Of a DNA stretch of 64,000 nt, positions 54,300 through 64,000 are shown in pieces. The translations under genes and the position numbers were made by a program. The stretch is from Eledone cirrhosa (lineage: Eukaryota), in assembly GCA_964016885.1 (NCBI GenBank), contig OZ024743.1:12710001-12774000 (forward strand), written 5' to 3'. Within the stretch, counting starts at the first letter, position 1. Each line of letters starts with the position of its first letter. The notes beneath the pieces were generated by a model. It saw only the letters and a list, made by a program, of their open reading frames with translations, did not search any database and had not been told where the DNA came from.

Positions 54300-56877
54300 T
54301 ACATATAGAAGACTTGTTGGCTGATAAGAGGCGTGCTCTGTCACGCTACTTGACGGCAAAACCACAGGAAAGGAATACGTTGCATGAGGAACTTAAGGAT
54401 GTAAAATCACGTGTTAGGCGGAGTCTTTCTCAGATGAAGGATCAGTGGTGGAGTGAGAAGGCTGATGAGATACAAACTGCGTCAGATTCCAATAACACAA
54501 AGCTGTTGTACAGTCTCTTGCGTGAAGTTTATGGACCGTCTTCTTCTCTGGTGACACCGCTTCGCAGCAAGGATGGCAAAGAACTTCTTCGTGACTCACA
54601 AGGAATTCTACGAAGGTGGCGAGAACACTTTGATGATCTTTTAAATCAGCCGTCTGTCGTCAATGAAGATTTCCTCAATTTCATTCCAGAAAGTCCTGTG
54701 AAAGTAGCTCTCGCAGAATCTCCGACGCTTGTGGAGGTTGCAGTGGCTATCTCGAAGCTGAACAGTGGAAGGTCTCCAGGTATGGATGGCATACATGCTG
54801 AGCTCCTACAATATGGTGGTGAGAGACTCCTGCAACATCTTCACTCTTTGTTTGGCGGGATATGGGCTAATGAATCCGTACCTGAGGACTGGAGAGATGC
54901 AGTAATGATGGTCTTGTACAAGGGAAAGGGTAACAGGAATGATTGTGGGAACTACAGAGGTATATCATTGCTTTCTGTCGTAGGGAAAGTTTTATGTAGG
55001 GTGCTTCTGGACCGTCTGCTGACACCCATTGCAGATTGTGTCCTTCCTGAAAGTCAATCTGGTTTTCGTGCTGGACGCGGCACTACTGATATGATCTTCT
55101 CAGCTAGACAGCTCCAGGAGAAGTGCATGGAACAAGGTTTGGATCTGTATCAGGTTTTTGTCGATCTGACAAAAGCTTTTGATACTGTCAACAGAGATGC
55201 ATTATGGAAGGTTCTCCAGAAACTTGGTTGCCCTAATAAGTTCCTTGCTTTAGTTAGGTCTTTCCATGATGACATGAAGGCTTGGGTTAATGTCGGAGGT
55301 AACATGTCGGAGCCTATCTCAGTAAAAAATGGAGTGAAACAGGGGGATATTCCAGCACCGACCCTGTTTGCCACATACTTTGCAATGGTTTTCTGTATTG
55401 CATTCAGGAATTGCGAGCATGGTGTTTACATCCGATATCGGGCAGCATATTTAACATCAGGCGCTTTGCTGCAAAGACAAAAGTATTTACATAAATCATA
55501 AGATACCTCTTGTATGCAGATGATGTAGCGCACACAGAGAGTGATATGCAGCACATTTTGAATGCATTTTCTGACGCTTGCACTGCCCAAGTATTGACTG
55601 TTAGTCTCAAGAAAACCGTCGTCATGTACCAACCTGCCCCTGGTAAGCAGTACAGTGAACCAAATATCTATGTGTATGGTAAACGACTTGGAGTGGTTGA
55701 TCAGTTTGTCTACCTGGGAAGCACTGTCAATCGATACAGCAACCTTGATAGTGAAATCTCACTTATGATTAGGAAAGCAAAGCAAGTGATGCTTTCGGAA
55801 AGCTAGAAAGGCGACTCTGGAGTCGGTGAGACATATGCAAGAAGACAAAGGTAAAGGTGTACAAGGCATGTGTGCTCTTTTCTCTTCTTTATGCTTGCGA
55901 GACCTGGGTAACATATCGACACCACCTTAAGCAATTGGAGCGTTTCCATCAGATGAGTCTCAGATGTGGAGGGACCACATCAGTGATATCGAGATTTTGG
56001 AAAGCTCTATGTGTGACAGTATAGAAGCTCTTGTGCTTAAGCAACGACTCCGTTGGAGTGGTCACCTTGCCAGGATAAAGGATTCTAGAATACCAAAACA
56101 ACTCTTTTATGGAGAGTTAGTTAAAGGAAAACGACCGCCACATAAACCAAAAAAGAGGTATAAGGATTCCTTGAAAGCCTCTTTGAAAGACGCTAACATC
56201 TCTGCTGATACATGGGAAAATATTGCTGCTGATCGTAATAAATGGAGAAAGACCGTATATGAGGGAAAAGTTGCCTTTGAGGCATCTCGAGTCGCATACG
56301 AGAAAGTAAAGCGGGATGTGAGGAAGGGCATTGCTGGTGCACTTCCAGACGGCGAGGGTCCTCCTATGGTGCTGACATGCAGCGTCTGTGCGAGACTCTG
56401 CCTAAGCAAAGCTGGACTCGAAAGTCATCTTCGCAGTCATAAAGTAAGACCAGTGGTTGACTACCAGGCTACTGTTGGAGATGCTACTCATCATGCTTGC
56501 CAAACATGTGGTAGAGAATGTAAATCAGCAGGAGGGCTCAAGCGACATGCAAAAGTACACGAACTCCAACCACAGCCGACTATTCCTAGTGAATGTTTTG
56601 GTTGCCGACTCTGTGCAAGACATTTTAGATCATTGGCTGGGCTAAAAAGCCACATTCGATCGCAGCGCTGTTAGTTGCTATCGTGTGTGTGTGTGTGTGT
56701 GTGTTTGTGTGTGTGTAGATATGCTTATGTGTGTGCGTCTGTGTGTATATATATATATATATGTATATTATTATTGTTGTTGTTGTCGTTATTATTATTA
56801 TTATTATTGTTATTAATATATATATATATATATATTCTCGTGCAATGGCCATACTCGATAACGAGGGGCAGCCATCA
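54300..56877 (+). mobile_element. RTE-clade LINE lacking the APE domain, frameshifted, with three C-terminal C2H2 zinc fingers
   Basis: ORFs 54314-55501, 55510-55806 and 55964-56674: SPGMDGIHAE, CGNYRGISLLS, PESQSGFRAGRGTTDMIF, FVDLTKAFDTV, GVKQGD, YADD, LRWSGHLARI, then three CxxC-x12-H fingers. The 3' tail ends in (ATGT)n. Confidence 0.93.
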
Positions 56878-57215
56878 TGTATGTATGTATGTGTGTATGT
56901 ATGTATGTATGTATGCAGTGTGAGTGTGTGTGTATGTATGTATGTATGTATGTGTATGTATGTGTGTATGTATGTGTGTATATATGTGTGTATGCATGTG
57001 TGTGTATGTATGTATGTGTGTATGCATGTGTGTGTGTGTATGTTTGTGTGTATGCATGTGTGTGTGTATGTATGTATGTGTGTATGTATGTGTATGTGTG
57101 TATGTATGTGTGTATGTATACATGTTTGTATGTATGTATTTATATATGTATGTATGTATGCATGCATGTATGTATGTATGCATGCATGCACGTACGTACT
57201 TATGTATGATTCCAC

Positions 57216-57246
<31 letters not shown>

Positions 57247-57490
57247 TGTATGTATGTATGTATGTATGTATGTATGTATGTATGTATGTATCCACACATG
57301 TATGTATGTATGTCTTCATGTATGAATGTTTGTATGGATGTATGAATGTAAATATGTATGTATGAATGTGTGTACATACATGTATGTATGTAAATATGTT
57401 TGTATGTATACATAAATATATTCATATATGAATATACTTGTATATATGTGTGTGTTGTGTGTGTATGTGTGTGTATGTATACGTGTGGGT
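56878..57490. repeat. Degenerate (TATG)/(TG) microsatellite, LINE tail
   Basis: Direct reading. Confidence 0.92.
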
Positions 57491-57974
57491 GAGTGTAAAC
57501 CATTATATGTTCAATTACCTGAATGTTATTCGTGTCATTCTGGAAAATATTTTATTGTGATGTCTTGTCAATTCGTAACCCTGGTGGTTATTAGAAAAAT
57601 TATCATTATTATTATTATTATTATTATTGTTATTATTATTATCATTGTTGTTATTATTGTTATTATTGTTAGTATTATTATTATCATTATTATTATTATT
57701 ATTATTTTCATTTACTCTTTATTAATTTGAAGGAGCTCGTTGTTTCCGAATTTATATGCGTTTTTATATAAATATTAAATACATATACAGAGTGAGAGAG
57801 AGAGAGAGAGAGAGAGTAAGAGATAGAAAGAGAGAGAAAGAGAGAAACAGAAAGGAGGGAGTGTATTATACACATGTATATATATATATATATATATAAA
57901 GGAAGTGAGAGAGTAAAAGAGAGAAAGAGAGAGAGAGAAACAGAAAGAAGGGAGTGTATTATATATATACACAC

Positions 57975-58014
<40 letters not shown>

Positions 58015-58964
58015 GGAGAGAAAGGGAGAGAGTGGGAGAGTGAATGAGGATGAAGGAGAGAGAGAGAGAGAGAGAGAGAGTGGGAGAGGATGAAGAAAAC
58101 AGAGAGAGAGAGAGAGAAGGAGGGAGAGCGGGAAAGAGAGAGAGAATGAGGGAGAGCGGGAAAGAGAGAGAGAAAGATATAGAAGAAATAGAATAGAGGT
58201 AAAGAGATTAAAGAATATTTATTTATTCATTTATTTATTTATTTGTCTTTTAAAATTCTCCGATAAATATGGGTAATGACGCAAATAAATGCCAAGCATG
58301 CTATGATAAAGTTTGCAAATATGCAATTGAAGAAAATAACAATAAATCAAAAGGATGAATGCATCGAATTCGAAGCTTCAAGGTTATATTGAAAAAGGCG
58401 GAACGTTGCACACGTGTTTTCGGCTATTATTGAAACAAACCGTTATTCATCATTAGAAGGAAGATGTTGCCATACTAATTATCTTCCAGTTGTGTCTTTA
58501 TCATAATATCAGCGGGTTTATTGATGGTTGCAGATGAGATGGATAGCTTTGAAACCAGAAGTTTTAGGTTATATGACACAACATCTGATTTGAAAAGAAA
58601 TTAAGAAAGAACGAAACAAATATAGCATAGCAAAAACAAACAAAAACACAAAACCAAACTACAGCAATAAACAATGACAATGACAGGGAAAATAAAGTAT
58701 TTTAAACCAAATTTTACAGCCCGCTAGAATATTCCGAATTTAAAGTTTACGTTATTGCAAACAAAAAATAAAAAAAATAAAAAATAAAAATGTAATAAAT
58801 ATGAGTGAAAAATGAACGTTGGCTATGTAAAATCTATTTAATCGAAAGAAAAAAAAATGTTTAGAAAATGAACTAACAATAACAAGACAACAATGAAGTC
58901 AAATAACGATAATAATGATTAAAATATTTCTCTTTTAAGATTTTAATAATAATGAAACAGTACG

Positions 58965-59362
58965 ATAACAATAACAGCAACAACAACAGTAACAACAAAA
59001 ACAACAATAATAATAACAGCAACAGTAAAAACAACAACAGTAACAACAAAAACAATAATAATAACAGCAACAACAACAAAAACAATAATAATAACAGCAA
59101 CAGTAACAACAACAACAACAATAATAATAACAGCAACAGTAACAACAACAACAGTAACATCAGTAACAGCAACAACAACAACAACAACAACAGTAACAGC
59201 AACAACAGAAACAGCAACAACAGTAACAACAACAGTAACAACAAAAACAATAATAACAACAACAACAACAGCAACAACAACAGTAACAACAAGCACAACA
59301 ATAATAATAATAACAGCAACGACAACAACAGTAACAACAAACACAACAATAATAATAATAAT
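58965..59362. repeat. Degenerate (AAC)/(AAT) trinucleotide array
   Basis: AAC/AAT/AGC/AGT triplets directly abutting the LINE 3' end. Confidence 0.93.
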
Positions 59363-62300
59363 GATTTCATTTATTGGCCACAAGGGCCGACATATAGGGG
59401 ACAATACAAAAGACTGGGACAGTGGGGTTTTACAGAAAAATCGAGTAAACAATATGAATAACAATAACAAAGTAACAATAACAAAGTAACAATAAAGAAA
59501 CAAGAAAATTACAATAACAAATTCCCCAATAGAGGGGATGACCACCCAGGGTTCGCTCAGGTACCCCACCAATCCTGAACGACCCGACGCTTCGAGAACA
59601 CCCTGGAAGTGCACCCCCTCTCCTCCTCAAATTTACCTACCTACAGCCGCATGACCAGAGTAGGCCCACTCACACGAGCCATTCTCGCCACATTCACCCA
59701 CCTTTCAGCAAATGTACCGGGGGGGCAGTACTTCTCTCTCCACCCTCACCTTCCTTTCCAAGTGAAACTTGAAAAAGTTGATGAGGGATTGGCCAAAGAG
59801 AAAAGTGTCTGTCTTCAGTCCTTTCAACCTCGTCCACCATACAACCTCTTTCGCTACTGCCACCAGACAGAGGAAAATTGCCTGCCCTTCCTGGCCAAAA
59901 GAAGGCGGCGGGCCGATCTTCACTATGGATCGGCCGATAGCCGGATCCGTTCTACACGCGACAACAGCTGTTCGACATAACTCCACAAGTCAGTAATGCA
60001 CGGACACTGGACGAGTGCGTGCAGTACGGTTTCGACGCTCTGCGCGCATCTCGGGCAGGTCCGTCTGACAGCACTTCCGTGCCTGTAGAGTTTATCTCGA
60101 ACCGGCAGTGCCCCCCGGTAGCACTGCCAAGCGAGGGATTTTTTGAAATTATCCATCGTCCCCGGCTCGAAAGTCCTCCGGTACAGACTAGTTAGTTCGA
60201 CTTCGTTGACACCCAGAGCCTCTCCGAGTGCGTCGTCGCACTTTCCCACTATAGAACTCGAGAGTGGAAGTTCCACAGCCCGCATTGCCCGCCTGGTAGA
60301 GGGAAGTGAGTGCCTGGCAACATTCCAGATGCCAGTCACCCAGTCTCGGTCTCTTCTTGACCCAGGATTGCAGCTCAATCAAAGAAACGAGCTGCGGAAA
60401 GGCCCGTCTGACAAACGGCGACCACACCTGTTCACCGTTTAGGTAGAATATCTGGAGATGCCGCAGCCTCAGCGCTTGCCTGCGCATCATTAGCCACGGC
60501 GTGCCCAGCCCTCCACGTAGAGGGCGCTGGCATCAGATGGACCGCTTCACCAGCGGAACCCGACTCCTCCACAAGAATTTGAAGAGGAGCCGCTCCAAGA
60601 TGGCGAGGCGCGAACGGGGGCAAGGGACGACGGTCAGACGGTAGTAGATGACGGACGCGATGTACGCGTTCGCCACCTCCGCCCGACCTTTCAGTGATAG
60701 CTTCATCCCAGCCCATTTCTGGGTGAGGCTGGCTACCCTGCCCGTCACCTCGTCCCAATTCTTATCCACCCGGAGGTCTGGCCCGAACCAAACCCCTAGC
60801 AACTTTACCGGTCCGTCCGTCCAGCGCCTAACGACTCTATTGGACGGCATGGACTTGCCTCTCCAGGTGCCGAGTTGCAAGCCCACCGACTTTTCCGGGT
60901 TAAGTTTTGCTCCCGTCAACCTTTCATATTCCTCCAATAAGTTGCCGACCACCTCGATTTATGAGGTGTCCGACACCATCACGGTGATGTCGTCCGCATA
61001 AGCCGACACAGCCTTTCCGCGTCCCGGTTCGAGCCCTGCAACAGCTCCAGCTTCCGCAGTAAAGGCTCGAGAGTCAATACGTAGAGGAGGGAGGAGAGAG
61101 GGCACCCTTGACGGACCGATCGGGAGACCTGAAACGGTTCCGAAAGGTGGCCATTAATTTTGACCATCGAGCAGGTGCCGCTGTGCATTGCAGCGATCCA
61201 GCTTCTGAAGACGTGTCCCTCTTGTTCTCATCTTTCCTCATCAGCGTCACTACGCCCCGGCTCACGAACTGGGAATACTCCCGTTTTGCTGCCAGTTGCA
61301 GTAGAGAGCTTCGAGGAGATTGGAGAACAAGTCTGGCATATTTACGTTAAGCTCGTAGGGCAGACCATCTAAACCGGGTGACTTGCGCCTCATGCAGCCG
61401 ACAAGGGCATCCTGAATCTCGGCTGAAGTAATTGGCCTTTCGCAGCGCCCAGCGTCAGCCGTCGAGAGTTGCGGCAAGCCATCGAGGTAGAGACTGAAGT
61501 CCGCCACCATCTCTGACCCGCCACTTCCCCCGAACAACCGAGCAAAATGTTGGCGAAAGGCCTCACACATCCTCTTGGAATCGCTCAGCTCGTGCCCGTC
61601 TCGGTCCGTCAAAGACCGAATCGTGGTTTTATTACCACGCTGCACCTCTGCCACGCGGGCCCATCGAACAGCTTTGGTTCCCTCGTTTCTCAGAGCACGC
61701 GCCTTTACTCTGACAATGCAACCTTCGTGTTTCGCATTGAAGAAATGGTCTAATGCCATTCTCGCCGCTAGCACACCAGTTGCAATGCTACTACCAATAG
61801 CCTCGTCTAACTTATCTACCAACTCCCCCTCCTTTCTATTTTTGTCTAATGCTACTTCTTTGCTAAACTCTATCGACATTACTCTAATCTCTCTTTTGAG
61901 AGCCCCCCACCATCTATTGTTGACGATTCCCCCTGTCAACTTTTCTTAACTAAATTGTTGACCTGGTCCCTGTAAGCCTTACGTACCGGAAATGACATGT
62001 TTAGCTTCCAGTAACCAGGTCCTAACCTACGCGTCTTATCTAGGTCGACCATACAGATCACAAACTTGTGATCTGAATAGGCGACCGTTTCAAAACGTGG
62101 ACAGCTTACACTATTTCTGTCTATTTTCCTAATGAATATCCTGTCTATATACGATCTAGATGACCCTATGCGGTTAGCCCAGGTCCACACTGGCGCATTA
62201 GGGAAATCTAGTCGGTACCTGTCAGGTTCTTGAGGCTTTTGCACCCCCCGCTCATATGGGATACTCCCACACAGTCCCAGCGTGCGTCTAAGATGCCGTT

Positions 62301-64000
62301 CCAGTCCCCCGCTAACAGTAAAGGGCGAGACGTACCCAGAAAGGCTTCCAGGCGTCTAAAGAAGTCCGGCCGTCCTGCCTCAGTAGGAGCATAGACGGCC
62401 ACCAGTCTAAAGGCACCACCCTCATTATTGTTCACGTCCAGGACCACCAACTTCCCGTCCGGGTCCCGGAAGATCGACCTTACCTCGAGATCCAGGCCTT
62501 TCCTAAACAGCACTGCCACCCTGCCTCCCATTCCCGGCCGGCTAACAGATGCAAAGATCTGATAGTCGTCGAAAATGGGGGCTAGTGCGCGTGTGTTGGA
62601 AATCCTGGTCTCGCTGACTGCAATTACATCCATTTCTATAGACCTGAGGTCGTTGAGTAGGTGACCCTGCTTCCAGGACGATCCCAGGCCTCGAACATTT
62701 AAACATCCTACTCTTAATACGGCCATGTTGGCAGGTTAAACAGAGAGAGAGGAAGGTTTACTTACCTTCCGGGCTCTTGTGAAGGTCGGGTTGTTCGACC
62801 TCCATCAGTCTTGAAGTGGGTTTTACGTTCGGGGTTCCCACGTCCCGAGGAAAGCTGTCTCGTATTTCTTTGAATATGTCGAGCGACATTCGCACCAGAA
62901 CCAAATTTTCCGGCACGCGAAATGTGCTCGATTTAAAAATTTCCCCCTCTTTTTGTATATTTTCACTTCGTGCTACGAGGGCCATCAGTTCCTTGTTGGC
63001 CCTCCTGACGAGCACGAAGTTTTGTATGTTTTGTTGGTGTGATTTTATTTGTTTGCGTGGCTGTGGTGGTGATGGTTTTGGTGGTGTTGTTTCGGTTGTA
63101 TCTGTGTTTGTTGTGAGTGCGGTGTCTGTGGTTTCAGATGTTTGTGTGTATATTTGTTCTTCCGTCTGTTTCGGTTGTTTGCGTTTGGGGGATTCTGGTG
63201 ATGGTGATGGTGGTGTTGATGTTGGTGTTATTGGAGAGATGTTTGCGTGGGTGGTGTCTGCGTTTTTTATTGTGGGTGATTTTGCGCTTTGTTGATTTTT
63301 TTTTTAGTGTTTCTTTTTTGTATTTTGGGGGATTTTGGTTTTCCCTTATCTTCACTACTGGTAGATGAGGGGTCTGTGTCTGTAAGTGTGTCTGTATGTA
63401 TGTTTATGGTTTTATTGGTGTGTGTATTTTTTGGAGGAGGGGGAATTTGACAGCTTTCCTGGTTTCCCCCCTGGGTGGTCAATGTTGGTGGTGGTCTTTC
63501 TATATGTGTTGTTGGTGGTTTTGCCGGTGCTGGTGTTGGTTGTGGTCCTCGCCCCGGCGTCGGCAGCAGTGGAGCCTTTCGACCCATTGCCTCTTTTAGC
63601 AGTTGAGGGCAGAAAGCTCGCAAATGGGTTTTTTCCCCACAAACAAAACACTGCGGCCTTTTGCCTTCGGTCATAATGTGAATGACCGTCCCATTCTGAA
63701 GGCGGATGTGGTCTGGGATTGTCTTCACATTCTCGGGCCTGATCTGGAGAAGGATCTCCAGGTCAACCCCGGACCAGTCCTCTCTGGCCGTTCTGGTCAC
63801 TTCTATAGGGACGGTATCCGTCCCCTCCACAATCACACATCCCAGAAGCCACCACATGTCAAGTCCTGGTGGGATTCTGGGAATGCGGAGACGGGCCGTT
63901 CTTTTTCCCATGTGGGAGGGGTACATTATGACCTTGCTGGTTTTGCAAGGAGTCGTAGCGGTTTCATAGCGAGGGCTTCTGACTTAAACAACAGCGAAAT
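59363..64000 (-). mobile_element. Tx1/L1-clade LINE: ORF1 with CCHC knuckle, ORF2 with APE, RT and C-terminal Cys motif; frameshifted with internal deletions; 5' end beyond the window
   Basis: ORF1 CFVCGEKTHLRAFC. APE LNVRGL, VSETR, VYAP, AGDWN, SYIDRIF, SDH. GPGYWKLN, KSPGLDGLPYE, SVRQGCPLS, YADD (about 60989-61000), GAKLNPEKS, CPRC...ETVLHALVQCP. Minus-strand AATAAA just before the 3' end. Confidence 0.93.

Noticed and set aside
55964-56674. Host C2H2 zinc-finger gene
   Set aside because: The fingers are in frame with the RTE C-terminal region (LRWSGHLARI...PKQLFYGEL) and are followed by the element tail.
58873-59614. Poly-Asn, poly-Leu and poly-Val ORFs
   Set aside because: They are translations of the AAC/AAT array.

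Overview
AT-rich, microsatellite-laden eukaryotic DNA with no recognisable host gene. The repeat families suggest an animal, probably an octopod cephalopod (inference only). The centre (about 23.3-44.0 kb) is a ~20.7 kb array of a 15-bp satellite (CAGCACCAATACYAT) that generates most of the long ORFs in the track as artefacts. The flanks are a dense collection of mobile elements: a Penelope-like element (RT plus GIY-YIG) and a second decayed Penelope RT, a CRE-clade non-LTR element with an N-terminal PHD finger, an RTE-clade LINE ending in three C2H2 fingers with non-autonomous derivatives embedded in (TATG)n, an Expander/Rex3-like RTE 3' end, a Tx1/L1-clade LINE, a decayed mariner, two non-autonomous Helitrons, a hAT-type non-autonomous element with an 8-bp TSD, and many tRNA-type SINEs. 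The most interesting signal is a cluster of minimal type I hammerhead ribozyme motifs at 6.0-9.9 kb. Three lie in a ~325-340 bp terminally redundant, retrozyme-like repeat whose stems differ between copies while keeping pairing, and one intact motif lies at the likely 3' end of the Penelope element. All calls were made by eye, and boundaries of degenerate repeats are approximate.
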